Translations under genes and position numbers: made by a program
Notes under the pieces: model-generated
Databases searched by the model: none
The model's input: the letters and a program-made list of their open reading frames with translations, nothing else
Told to the model about the DNA's origin: nothing
Assembly: GCA_963815215.1 (NCBI GenBank)
Contig: CAWFFU010000010.1
Location: 32,001-96,000, forward strand
DNA: 64,000 bases
From: an uncultured Trueperaceae bacterium
Lineage (GTDB): Bacteria; Deinococcota; Deinococci; Deinococcales; Trueperaceae
Direction of reading: 5' to 3'
Part shown: positions 46,631-56,444 of the stretch, one piece after another
How positions within the stretch are numbered: position 1 is the first letter of the stretch
Layout: each line of letters begins with the position of its first letter

Positions 46631-48235
46631 ATGCGTTCGAACGGAGTAGTTCGATTCTCGACCAGGCTCGCAGCCGCGGCAACGGCGGCTGCGGCCGTGT
46701 TGCTGACGCCGGCCCTCGCTGCCACGCCCCAGAAGGGCGGCACAATCGTGGTGGCGTTGCCTAACCCCATCGTGGCCGCCGATCCCGCCTTCTCATACGG
46801 GTTCGTGACCAACCCGGTCGTCACCAACATGGCCGAAGGGCTCCTGAAGTTCGGCCCGGGCGAGCAGGTCGAGCCCAACCTGGCGTCCTCGGTGGATCAC
46901 CCTGACGCGCTCACGTACATCTACCACCTTCGCAAGGACGTGACCTTCTGGGACGGCAAGCCGATGACGGCGGACGACGTCGTGTTCAGCATGCAGCGCT
47001 ACATGGACCCCAAGACGGCGTCCTACGTAGCCTGGATGTACGGCAGCGTCAAGTCCATCGAGAAGGTCGACGCGGCCACCGTCAAGGTGACGCTGAGCAA
47101 GCCCGATGCGCTGTGGCAGTACGTGCCGGCCACCACCGCAGGGGACGTCATCGAGAAGGCGTACTTCGAGGCGCACAAGGACAACTTCGGCAAGCCCGGC
47201 GGTGGTCTGATGGCCACCGGCCCGTTCGAGCTCGCCAAGTGGTCCCAGGGCCAGGAGATCGTGCTGAAGCGCAATCCGCACTACTGGGATGCTTCGCATG
47301 GCGGCCCCTACCTCGATGAGATCGACTACAAGATCATCCCCGAGTCGACGACCAGCGTGGTGGGGCTCAAGACCGGCGAGGTCGGCGCCATGTTCAACGT
47401 TCCGGTCAACCTGATCTCGGTCATCCAGAAGATGAGCAACGTCCAGCTGCAGCTCGCAAGCAGCTACTTCGTCGACGCCATCGCCTTCAACACCCAGAAC
47501 AAGCCGTTCGACGACGTCAAGGTCCGGCAGGCGCTGTACTACGCGTTCAACGAGGCGCAGTTCATCAAGTCGGTGATCAAGGACGCAGGCGACGCCGCCA
47601 AGGCCACGCCGGTGCCGCCGGCCCTTTGGGTCTTCGATAAGGCCGCTTGGTCGGCCGCCTGGGACAAGATTCCCAACTACTCCTACAACCTGGCCAAGGC
47701 CAAGGCGCTTCTGGCGCAGTCGTCGGTGCCCAACGGCTTCACGGCCACGATGGAGACCGACAGCAACAACGTGCGCCTCAACAGCGCGTTGACCCTGCAG
47801 GCGGGCGCCAAGGCCATCGGCATCACCCTGAACATCAACAAGGTGCCCGGCAAGCAGCTCGAGACGGACTTCTTCAACGGCAAGCGTCCGTACGACATCA
47901 TCATCGACGCCTGGTCCACCGACTTCCCCGACCCGGCCGGGAACCTCCAGCCGGTGTTCGCGAGCCAGTACGCGGGCGACGGCGGGTCCAACATCGCCAA
48001 CTACAAGAACCCCGCCCTCGACAAGCTCCTGAGTGAGCAGAACGCCCTGTCGGACCCCGCCAAACGCACTGCCCTGATGATCCAGGCGCAGGACGTGATC
48101 ACGCACGACGTGCCGTGGATCAACACCGACTACCCGAAGGTGATCTTCGTCATGGGCAAGAAGTACGCGGGCTACCAGATCCAGCCGTTGTGGTACTGGG
48201 ACGCGTGGGCGAAGGACGTGTACACGGTCAAGTAG
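46631..48235 (+). CDS. family 5 ABC substrate-binding protein
   Basis: signal peptide; FWDGKPMTADDV, TGPF, VRQAL. Confidence 0.93.
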   Translation: MRSNGVVRFSTRLAAAATAAAAVLLTPALAATPQKGGTIVVALPNPIVAADPAFSYGFVTNPVVTNMAEGLLKFGPGEQVEPNLASSVDHPDALTYIYHLRKDVTFWDGKPMTADDVVFSMQRYMDPKTASYVAWMYGSVKSIEKVDAATVKVTLSKPDALWQYVPATTAGDVIEKAYFEAHKDNFGKPGGGLMATGPFELAKWSQGQEIVLKRNPHYWDASHGGPYLDEIDYKIIPESTTSVVGLKTGEVGAMFNVPVNLISVIQKMSNVQLQLASSYFVDAIAFNTQNKPFDDVKVRQALYYAFNEAQFIKSVIKDAGDAAKATPVPPALWVFDKAAWSAAWDKIPNYSYNLAKAKALLAQSSVPNGFTATMETDSNNVRLNSALTLQAGAKAIGITLNINKVPGKQLETDFFNGKRPYDIIIDAWSTDFPDPAGNLQPVFASQYAGDGGSNIANYKNPALDKLLSEQNALSDPAKRTALMIQAQDVITHDVPWINTDYPKVIFVMGKKYAGYQIQPLWYWDAWAKDVYTVK

Positions 48236-48254
48236 GCCGTACCGAACCATGCCT

Positions 48255-48288
48255 GCGTGCGGCGGACGCGTTGGCGTCCGCCGCACGC
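48255..48288 (+). terminator. intercistronic hairpin after the SBP gene
   Basis: GCGTGCGGCGGACGC-GTTG-GCGTCCGCCGCACGC. Confidence 0.65.
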
Positions 48289-48304
48289 CGCGCTCTGGAG
48301 TCCC

Positions 48305-49249
48305 GTGCTGAGCTACATCATCAAGCGCATCGGCCAAGCCGTCCCCGTCCTCGTGGTGCTCTCGGCGGTCGTGTTCGGCATGGTGCACCTCGCGCCCGTC
48401 GATCCAGCTGTGGTCATGGCGGGGGGTCACCAGACGAGCCAGGCCACCCTTGCGGCGGTCCGCAAGCGCTATCACCTGGATCAGCCGGTCGTCGTGCAAT
48501 ACCTGTACTGGGCGCGCGACGCGCTGTCGGGAAACCTGGGCGAGAGCTTCGTGCTGAAGCAGAACGTATCGACGATGATCGGCGACCGCCTCCCGATCAG
48601 CCTCAAGCTCATCGGTCTGGCGTTCCTGATCAATATCGCGGTCTCGTTCCCGCTCGCAACCTTCGCGGCGGCCTACGAGGGGAGCTGGATCGACTACTTC
48701 GCGTCCGTCCTCGCCCTGGTGGGCGCGTCCGCGCCCGTGTTCTTCACGGGGATCGCGGGCATCCTGCTGTTCTCGTTCGATCTCGGCTGGCTACCGGCCT
48801 TCGGAGCCGGCGAGTCGGGAAACGTCGTCGATCAGCTCCGCAGCCTCATCATGCCGGCGGCGGCTCTGGGCCTCAATCTGGTGGCCCTGAGTTCACGCAT
48901 CATGCGAAGCAGCCTGAGTGAGGTGTTGCGTGCGGACTACGTCCGCACGGCCAAGGCCAAGGGCCTCTCTGGCACGGCCGTCCTCCTCAAGCACGCCATG
49001 AGGAACGCGCTGCTACCTGTGGTCACCATCCTGGGGCTCGAGCTCGGCTTCCTTGTGGTGGGCACCGTGCTGGTGGAGTACACCTTCGGACTGGGGGGGC
49101 TCGGCAGCTTGATCGTCAACGCCGTGCAGAGCAACGACTACCCCGTGGTGCAGGGCACGACGCTCTTCGTCGCGGTTGTGTTCATGGCGCTGAACCTGCT
49201 CGTGGACGTCCTGTATGCTGTCCTGGACCCGAGGATCCAGTACCGGTGA
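48305..49249 (+). CDS. peptide ABC permease (DppB-like)
   Basis: DYVRTAKAKG, NDYPVVQG, LDPRI. Confidence 0.95.
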   Translation: MLSYIIKRIGQAVPVLVVLSAVVFGMVHLAPVDPAVVMAGGHQTSQATLAAVRKRYHLDQPVVVQYLYWARDALSGNLGESFVLKQNVSTMIGDRLPISLKLIGLAFLINIAVSFPLATFAAAYEGSWIDYFASVLALVGASAPVFFTGIAGILLFSFDLGWLPAFGAGESGNVVDQLRSLIMPAAALGLNLVALSSRIMRSSLSEVLRADYVRTAKAKGLSGTAVLLKHAMRNALLPVVTILGLELGFLVVGTVLVEYTFGLGGLGSLIVNAVQSNDYPVVQGTTLFVAVVFMALNLLVDVLYAVLDPRIQYR

Positions 49250-50112
49250 GCGCGGCGAGGGCCTCCGGGGTTCGCCGTGGGCGCTGGCGCCGTCTCGGGC
49301 GCTCGCCGCTGGTGCGAAATCCCGTCTACCTGACCGCCACCGTCGTGGTGATCGTGATCGTCCTGATGGGGGTCCTGGCTCCGCTCGTCGCCCCTTACGG
49401 CCCCAACCAGACGGACCTCGCCAACGCGCTCACGCCCGCCTCTGCTCAGCACTGGCTGGGGACGGACAAGCAGGGGCGGGACATCCTGAGCCGGATCATC
49501 TGGGGCACGCGCCCGGCGCTACTGTCGGCGCTGCTGGTGATCGGCCTGTCTGGCCTCCTCGGCGTCCCGCTGGCGGTGCTCGGCGGCTTCGTCGGCGGTA
49601 CCGCGGACGCGATCATCAACCGCGCTTGGGACGTCGTGCTCTCCATCCCACCGCTCCTGCTCGCGTTCGTGACCGCCACCCTGTTCGGCGGCGGCATCGT
49701 CAACGCCGTGGCGTCGCTCAGCATCGCCTACGCGCCGCTCATCGCACGCGTGGTGCGCGCGCTGGTGCTGCGCGAGCGCGAGATGACCTACGTGGAGTCC
49801 GCCGGCGCGATCGGGGCGTCGACGCCTCGCATCCTCGGCAGCCACGTGCTGCCCAACATCCTGACCTCGGTCGTGGTGCAGTCGTCGGTGAACCTGGCGT
49901 ACGCCATCCTCGACCTGTCCGCGCTCTCGTACCTGGGGCTGGGCATCCAGCCGCCGACGGCCGACTGGGGAGCGATGCTGTCCAGCGGCCGCGAGTACCT
50001 GTTGATCTCGCCGAACGTGGCGCTGGCCTCCGGCATCGCCATCATGGTCACCGTGGTGGCCTTCAACCTCTTCAGCGACGGCCTCAAGAAGGCCTTCGAG
50101 CCGAAGCGCTAG
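49246..50112 (+). CDS. peptide ABC permease (DppC-like)
   Basis: HWLGTDKQGRD, HVLPN, YLGLGIQPPTADWG. Confidence 0.95.
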   Translation: MSAARASGVRRGRWRRLGRSPLVRNPVYLTATVVVIVIVLMGVLAPLVAPYGPNQTDLANALTPASAQHWLGTDKQGRDILSRIIWGTRPALLSALLVIGLSGLLGVPLAVLGGFVGGTADAIINRAWDVVLSIPPLLLAFVTATLFGGGIVNAVASLSIAYAPLIARVVRALVLREREMTYVESAGAIGASTPRILGSHVLPNILTSVVVQSSVNLAYAILDLSALSYLGLGIQPPTADWGAMLSSGREYLLISPNVALASGIAIMVTVVAFNLFSDGLKKAFEPKR

Positions 50113-50150
50113 CGGGGTCGGAGGCACCCCTCCGCGGCCGCAGAACGCGG

Positions 50151-50181
50151 CGGGGTCGGGCTGGCATCCAGCCCGACCCCG
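50151..50181. terminator. hairpin between convergent genes
   Basis: CGGGGTCGGGCTGG-CAT-CCAGCCCGACCCCG. Confidence 0.65.
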
Positions 50182-50201
50182 GCCCATGGCGTCGTGGTCG
50201 A

Positions 50202-51389
50202 TCAGTGGGAGATCGGGAGGTTGAAGGGGGGAGGATCGAAGACCGGCGTCCAGGGCCCGTTGAATCCGCTGACGGTGGTGCTGGGGGTGGGGCTGGCGCT
50301 GGCGAGGGAGGTGGCGGTGTACTCGACGACCGTGCTGCTGTCGTAGAGAGAGAGCCAGAGGTTGCCATCGGCGTCGAAGGCCGTCCCGACGGGCCCACCG
50401 GGTCCGCTGAGGGTGGTGCTGGGGGTGGGGCTGGCGCTGGCGAGGGAGGCGGCAGTGTATTCGACCACCGTGCTCGCCGTGTGGTTGCTGACCCAGAGGT
50501 TGCCGGCGGCGTCGAACGTGAGGCCGACCGGCCCACCGAGTCCGGTGACGACCGTGCTGGGGGTGGGGCTGGCGCCGGCGAGGGAGGCGGCGGTGACCTC
50601 GGACACGGTGCCGCCCGAGAAGTCCGTGAGCCAGAGGTTGCCGCTGGTGTCGAACGCCAGGGCGTACGGGGTGGAGACGCCGGTGAGGACCGTGGTGGGG
50701 GTGGGGCTGGCGCTGGCGAGGGAGGCGGCGGTGACCTCGAGAACGCTGCCGGTGCCGTTGTTGCCGATCCAGAGGTTGCCGCCGGCGTCGAACGTCAGGC
50801 CGACGGGCTGGTTGAGCCCGCTGATGGTGGTGCTGGGGGTGGGGCTGGCGCTGGCGAGGGAGGCGGCGCTGTATTCGACCACCGTGTTCCCGCTCCAGGC
50901 CGCGACCCAGAGGTTGCCGGCGGCGTCGAACGCCATGCCCTCCGGCTGGCCGAGGCCCGTGACGACGGCGGTGGGGGTGGGGCTGGCGCCGGCGAGGGAG
51001 GCGGCGGTGACCTCCGCTACAGTACCGCTGGTGTAGCTGGCGACCCACAGGTTCCCGGGCTCCGCCGCGTAGGCGAGGGTCGCGGAGGCCGTCTGACCGT
51101 CGACGACGGTGGCCGTTCCGGTGCTGGCGCTGAAGGTGTTGCGGCGCAGCGTCGCTGTCTGCGGGGTGATGGTGTAGGTGCCGGGCGTGAGGCCGGGGAT
51201 CGAGGCGGGCAAGGTGACGGTGGTGGTGTAGGCGCCGCTCGTCACGACGGCCGAGACCGTGATGCCGGACGGGATGCCCGTCACCTGCACGCTGAGCGTG
51301 CCCGACGGTTGGCTGCACGCGACAAGCAAGAGGGCCAGCAGGCCCAGTGCACAGATGGGGGTCAGCAGTCTGCGGACGGATGGCTCCAT
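50202..51389 (-). CDS. lipoprotein with Ig-like domain and 6 NHL-like repeats
   Basis: lipobox LLVAC; AAGGAG RBS; 6 copies of P-x-G-x-x-FDAAGNLW. Confidence 0.9.
   Translation of the reverse strand: MEPSVRRLLTPICALGLLALLLVACSQPSGTLSVQVTGIPSGITVSAVVTSGAYTTTVTLPASIPGLTPGTYTITPQTATLRRNTFSASTGTATVVDGQTASATLAYAAEPGNLWVASYTSGTVAEVTAASLAGASPTPTAVVTGLGQPEGMAFDAAGNLWVAAWSGNTVVEYSAASLASASPTPSTTISGLNQPVGLTFDAGGNLWIGNNGTGSVLEVTAASLASASPTPTTVLTGVSTPYALAFDTSGNLWLTDFSGGTVSEVTAASLAGASPTPSTVVTGLGGPVGLTFDAAGNLWVSNHTASTVVEYTAASLASASPTPSTTLSGPGGPVGTAFDADGNLWLSLYDSSTVVEYTATSLASASPTPSTTVSGFNGPWTPVFDPPPFNLPISH
50236..51057 (-). repeat. 6 tandem 138-bp coding repeats
   Basis: CCAGAGGTTGCC-like anchor recurs every 138 bp from about 50355. 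Confidence 0.92.
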
Positions 51390-51585
51390 GCTCGACTCCT
51401 TCGACGCGTCGGGTGTGTGAGGCAGCACGGCGTGAAGCGTTCTCGAGGTTGATGGACGGTCAAGTGACCGTACCCTTGACACGCGCGTTGGAGCGGTGTC
51501 TCCAGTCACCGCATGAGAGGACGATGTGTGCCTGGCCCGTGCGGCCGGCCGGCGGACGCACGACCGTCCCCTCCGGCGCGCTACC

Positions 51586-52821
51586 ATGCAGGACATGCTC
51601 GACCTCGATTTCGTCCGTTCACAGTTCCCTGCCCTGGCGGGCGAGTGGACCTACCTCGACAACGCCGGCGGCTCCCAGACGCTCGTGGGCGTGGCCGACC
51701 GGGTCCGCGACTACCTGCTGAGCACCAACGTGCAGCTCGGCGCCAGCTATGCCGTGTCCCGGCAGGCCGGCGAGCGCGTGGCCGAGGCCACGCGGGCCGT
51801 GGCCGCGATGATCAACGCCGGCGACGAGCGGGAGGTCGTGATCGGGCCCAGCACCACCCAGCTGCTGGCCAACCTGGCGCTCGCCATGCGGTCCCAGCTC
51901 GTTGTGGGCGACGAGGTCATCGTCACCGACTGCGATCACGAGGCCAACATCGGCCCCTGGGTGCGCCTGGCCGACCAGGGTGTGACGCTCAAGACCTGGA
52001 AGGTCGACCCCGACACGCTGCAGCTCCGCGCCTCGGACCTCGAGGCGCTGCTGACGGAGCGCACCCGCTTGGTGGCGTTCACCCACGCGTCGAACATCCT
52101 CGGCACCGTCAACCCGGTGGCCGACATCACCCGGCTGGTGCACGAACGCGGCGCCCGGGTGTGCGTCGACGCCGTCTCCTACGCCCCGCATCGGGCGCTG
52201 GACGTCCGGGCGTGGGACGTCGACTACTACGTCTTCAGCAGCTACAAGGTCTACGGCCCTCATCTGGCGGTGCTGTACGGGAAGCGCGAGCTGCTCGAAG
52301 GGCTCGCCACCATCAACCACGCCTTCGTCCCCGACGACGACGTGCCGCGCAAGCTGCAGCCCGGCTCCGTCAACTACGAGTTGAGCTACGGCTTGCTCGG
52401 CGTCGCCGAGTACTTCGAGGCGCTGGCGCGGCGTTCGGCCGGCGCTCCCGCGGATAGCCTGCACGGCCGCGTGTCGCAGGCGTTCGAGCTCATCGCCGAG
52501 CAGGAGGAGGCCCTGGCGGCACGCCTGCTCGACTACCTGCGGGGTAAGGGCGGCGTGCGCATCCTCGGCCACGACCGGCCGGACCGTTCGCTGCGGGTCC
52601 CGACCGTGAGCTTCACCGTGGAGGGACAGGATCCCGCCGCGGTGGCCGCGCACGTGGACGGGGCGCGCATCGGCATCCGCTACGGCGACTTCTACGCGCG
52701 CCGGCTCATCGAGGCCCTGGGCCTGAGCGAGCGCAACGGCGTGGTGCGGGTGTCGATGGTGCACTACAACACCCTGAACGAGATCGACGCGCTCATCGCA
52801 CGGCTCGACGAGCTGCTCTGA
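51586..52821 (+). CDS. cysteine desulfurase-like PLP protein (class V aminotransferase)
   Basis: YLDNAGGSQ, DHEAN, ASNILGT, FSSYKVYGPH, VSMVHYNT. Confidence 0.92.
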   Translation: MQDMLDLDFVRSQFPALAGEWTYLDNAGGSQTLVGVADRVRDYLLSTNVQLGASYAVSRQAGERVAEATRAVAAMINAGDEREVVIGPSTTQLLANLALAMRSQLVVGDEVIVTDCDHEANIGPWVRLADQGVTLKTWKVDPDTLQLRASDLEALLTERTRLVAFTHASNILGTVNPVADITRLVHERGARVCVDAVSYAPHRALDVRAWDVDYYVFSSYKVYGPHLAVLYGKRELLEGLATINHAFVPDDDVPRKLQPGSVNYELSYGLLGVAEYFEALARRSAGAPADSLHGRVSQAFELIAEQEEALAARLLDYLRGKGGVRILGHDRPDRSLRVPTVSFTVEGQDPAAVAAHVDGARIGIRYGDFYARRLIEALGLSERNGVVRVSMVHYNTLNEIDALIARLDELL

Positions 52822-53030
52822 GGCCCGCCGCCGGACGTCGCCTGGCGTGTCGGCGACGGCTCGCCGGTGACGCGCCCGGGACGCGCCGGGTGCCCCCGGG
52901 GTATGGTCGTTCCCGTCCGTTAGTCGAAAGCGCTCGGTGGCACGCCGAGGCTCGCCGTTCTCTATAGCCGGCACGCCGGCCGTCGTGTGCCGCCGCCCGT
53001 CGTCCGCAACCGTTCCCCCGGGAGGAAGTC

Positions 53031-53825
53031 GTGACCATCGCTCGCCGTACCGTGCCGTTCGTTCTGCTCTTGCTGCTGACCGCCTGCGGGGCGCCCGGCG
53101 GGGGGGTCCCCGTGCAGAGCGCGCAGCTCCAGCCGGCTTGCGCCGGCGCGGCGCCGTTCCCGAGCTCCGTGCATCTCGATCCGTTCTACACGAAGTACTG
53201 CATGGCGGGAGCGCTGCCGATCGTGGCGTCGGCCGAGGTCCCCGATGCGGCTCTGCAGCGCGCGAAGGTCATCGTGACCTCGATGCTCACGATGATCCCG
53301 AGCGACGCGATCGCGGCGATCGCCGACAACCACGTGCGGATCGGGGTGATCGGGGTGAATCAGGTCACCACCGACATGCCGGAGTACGCCGACCTGAACA
53401 CGGCGTTCCCCGGGACCGACTGGAACACGCGGACCCGCGGGGTGAGCGCCACCGTCACGCGGCCCCTCACCTCCTCGGCCGAGGAGAACCTGCTGTGCTA
53501 TCCGGGGGACGTCTACGCCGGTGAGAGCATCCTGGTGCACGAGTTCGCCCACACCATCGCCGAGCTCGGTCTCGAGGCCGTCGACGCCACCTTCGCGACG
53601 CGGCTGCAGACCACGTACGACAACGCCATGAGCGCCGGGCTGTGGCCGGGGAGCTACTCGGCCACGAACCGGAAGGAGTACTGGGCGGAGGGCGTGCAGA
53701 GCTATTTCGGCGTGAGCAACAACGGGGTGGACAGCCGGGCCGCGCTCATGGCGTACGACAAGGGCTTGTACGATCTGATCGACGGGGTCTTCGCGGGGAG
53801 CCCCGCCATCTCCACCTGTCCGTAG
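53031..53825 (+). CDS. lipoprotein zinc metallopeptidase (HExxH, anthrax-LF/M34-like)
   Basis: lipobox LLTAC; ESILVHEFAH, EYWAEG. Confidence 0.75.
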   Translation: MTIARRTVPFVLLLLLTACGAPGGGVPVQSAQLQPACAGAAPFPSSVHLDPFYTKYCMAGALPIVASAEVPDAALQRAKVIVTSMLTMIPSDAIAAIADNHVRIGVIGVNQVTTDMPEYADLNTAFPGTDWNTRTRGVSATVTRPLTSSAEENLLCYPGDVYAGESILVHEFAHTIAELGLEAVDATFATRLQTTYDNAMSAGLWPGSYSATNRKEYWAEGVQSYFGVSNNGVDSRAALMAYDKGLYDLIDGVFAGSPAISTCP

Positions 53826-53972
53826 CGGTCCGTAGCGGCACGCGGCGTCCCCGGCGGCAGCGCCGCCCTAGCGTCTTCGGTCAGCGCGCCCGCGGTCCGT
53901 GTGGACCCGCAGGGAGGAACGGGGTAGGCTTCGGGCGGGTCGTCGTGACCACATACTCGTGACCTCGGACTC

Positions 53973-55283
53973 GTGACCATGGAACCCGAACCCTTCCTAG
54001 ACAAGGTGTTGGACCTGCTCGTCGACACCGTATGCGTGGTGGACGCTGAGGGCCGCTACGTGTACGTGAGCGCGTCGTGCGAGCAGCTGCTCGGATACGT
54101 GCCGGACGAGCTCATCGGCCAGAACATGATCGACCTGGTCCATCCCGACGATCGGGAGCGCACGCTGGCGGCTGCTGCCGAGATCATGCGCGGCAGACCG
54201 CAGAGCCACTTCGAGAACCGCTACGTTCGGAAGGACGGCAGGGTGGTGGACGTCATGTGGTCGGCGCGCTGGCACCGTCCCGACGGGCTGCGCCTGGCGG
54301 TGGCACGGGACGTCACGCCGCTCAAGCGCGCCGCCCGCCTGCAGAGCGCGCTGTACGCGATCTCCGAGGCGGCATATCAGGCCGACGACCTGCCGGGCCT
54401 GTGCGGGATCGTGCACCGGATCATCGGCGAGTTGCTTCCGGTCGAACGGTTCCAGGTCGTGCTCTACGACGCGTTGAGCGACACCCTGTCGTTCACCTAC
54501 GATTCTGGCGCCGAGACCCGCGCGCGCGACGCGATCCCCCTCGAGGTCGGCTCGGATCTGGCCGCGGTCCTCCGAACCGGAGAGCCCGTGGCCACGCCGG
54601 TCGACCCTTCCGACGCATCGGCGGTCGCCGGCGGGGCGTGGCTCGGCGTTCCACTCCTGTCCAACGGCGGCGTGGTCGGAGCGCTGATCGCTCAGGCTGG
54701 GGCGGCCGGTCCAGGGTACGGCGTCGACCAGCGCGAGCTCCTCCAGTTCGTTTCCACGCAGGTCGCCATCGCCATCGAGCGCAAGCAGACGGAGGCACGC
54801 TTCCGGTACCTGGCGCTCCACGATCCGCTGACCGGTCTTCCCAACCGTTCTTTGTTCCACGATCGCTTCGTGGTCGCGCTGCGCCGCGCCGAACGCGACG
54901 GAGAACGGCTCATGCTGCTCTACGTCGACCTGGACGACTTCAAGCTGGTCAACGACAGGTTCGGCCACGAGACCGGTGACCGGCTGCTGGTCGCTGTGGC
55001 GCGAGGCCTCGAAGGCTGCGTGCGCGGGTCGGACACGGTGGCGCGGCTTGGCGGCGACGAGTTCGCCCTGTTGTTGGTCAACGTTCAGCCCGGCGAGCCG
55101 GGGGATGGCATCATCGAGAGGGTGCGGGCGGCCGTCGCCGCGCCGCTCGAGGTCGAGGGGGGCTTCGTGACCATCGCGGCCAGTCTCGGCAGGGCCCTGT
55201 ACCCGGATGACGGTGAGGACCAGGACGCGTTGCTCCGCAGCGCCGACGCGAGCATGTACGCCGGCAAACCCGACGTCCCTTGA
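53973..55283 (+). CDS. PAS-GAF-GGDEF diguanylate cyclase
   Basis: VHPDDR PAS, HDPLTGLPNR, DLDDFK, RLGGDEF. Confidence 0.95.
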   Translation: MTMEPEPFLDKVLDLLVDTVCVVDAEGRYVYVSASCEQLLGYVPDELIGQNMIDLVHPDDRERTLAAAAEIMRGRPQSHFENRYVRKDGRVVDVMWSARWHRPDGLRLAVARDVTPLKRAARLQSALYAISEAAYQADDLPGLCGIVHRIIGELLPVERFQVVLYDALSDTLSFTYDSGAETRARDAIPLEVGSDLAAVLRTGEPVATPVDPSDASAVAGGAWLGVPLLSNGGVVGALIAQAGAAGPGYGVDQRELLQFVSTQVAIAIERKQTEARFRYLALHDPLTGLPNRSLFHDRFVVALRRAERDGERLMLLYVDLDDFKLVNDRFGHETGDRLLVAVARGLEGCVRGSDTVARLGGDEFALLLVNVQPGEPGDGIIERVRAAVAAPLEVEGGFVTIAASLGRALYPDDGEDQDALLRSADASMYAGKPDVP

Positions 55284-55318
55284 GCCCCTCAGGCTCCATC
55301 CCCAACGAGGAGAACGCC

Positions 55319-56260
55319 ATGCGCACCCGCCCCATCGGATCTCTGAACGCCTCGGTCGTCGGTCTCGGATGCAACAATTTCGGACGCCGCCTCGACAGGG
55401 CCGGTACCAAGAACGTCCTGGACGCCGCCATCGATGCCGGCGTGACCTTCCTCGACACCGCCGATCTCTACGGCGGCCATGACAGCGAGCGTTTCATGGG
55501 TGAGGCGCTTCGCGGCCGTCGCGACGCGGTGGTCCTCGCCACCAAGTTCGGCCATCCGGCCAACGCCGAGGGGCCGAAGGGCGCCCGCCCCGAGGACGTG
55601 CGAACCGCCCTCGAGGCCAGCCTGCGGCGTCTCGAGACGGACCATGTCGACCTCTACCAGCTCCACATGCCCGACCCGGACGTGCCCATCGCCGACACGC
55701 TCGGCGCGCTGGCCGAAGCGGTTGAGCGGGGGCAGGTGCGGGAGATCGGCTGCTCGAACTTCAGCGCCGCTCAGCTCCAGGAGGCGGAGGACGCCGTGGC
55801 GAGCGGAGCGCCGCGTTTCGTGAGCGTGCAGAACGAGTACAGCATGCTCAAGCGAGCGCCCGAGAGCGAGGTGCTGCCGGCGTGTGAGCGGCTGGACATC
55901 GCGTTCCTGCCGTTCTTTCCACTCCTGAGCGGCATCCTCACCGGCAAGTACCGGAAGGGCCGGCCGTTGCCGGAGGGAACGCGCGTGACCGGTAGCGAGC
56001 GCTGGGAGGCGATGCTCACCGATGACGTTCTGGACGTGGTGGAAGCGCTCGTCGACTTCGCCGCGGAGCGCGATCGCGAGCTGATCGACCTGGCCTTCGC
56101 CTACCTTCTCGCGCACCGTCCCGTGGCCAGCGTCATCGCCGGAGCCACCTCGCCCGCGCAGGTGCGGCGCAACGCGCAGGCGGGGAGCTGGGAGCTCTCT
56201 GCCGGCGAGCTCGCCGAGGTGGAGCGGCGGCTCGACGCCGCGGGAATCCTGCTCCCCTGA
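55319..56260 (+). CDS. aldo/keto reductase
   Basis: GLGCNNFG, DTADLYG, ATKFG, DLYQLH, GCSNF. Confidence 0.95.
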   Translation: MRTRPIGSLNASVVGLGCNNFGRRLDRAGTKNVLDAAIDAGVTFLDTADLYGGHDSERFMGEALRGRRDAVVLATKFGHPANAEGPKGARPEDVRTALEASLRRLETDHVDLYQLHMPDPDVPIADTLGALAEAVERGQVREIGCSNFSAAQLQEAEDAVASGAPRFVSVQNEYSMLKRAPESEVLPACERLDIAFLPFFPLLSGILTGKYRKGRPLPEGTRVTGSERWEAMLTDDVLDVVEALVDFAAERDRELIDLAFAYLLAHRPVASVIAGATSPAQVRRNAQAGSWELSAGELAEVERRLDAAGILLP

Positions 56261-56444
56261 CCGCGGCGGTCGCTGCCGTGCCGCTCGCTTGCGCCCGCTT
56301 AACCGTTGCCGCATAGCGTTGCCCATGGAGGCAACGCATGCTTGACGAACACCCCTCGACTCGTCACCTTCAGGCCGCCCGAGCGGCCTTCCGCCCGGGG
56401 CCGCGGCGCGAGCGCGCCGCGACGTCCCCGCGGAGGCTCCGCTG

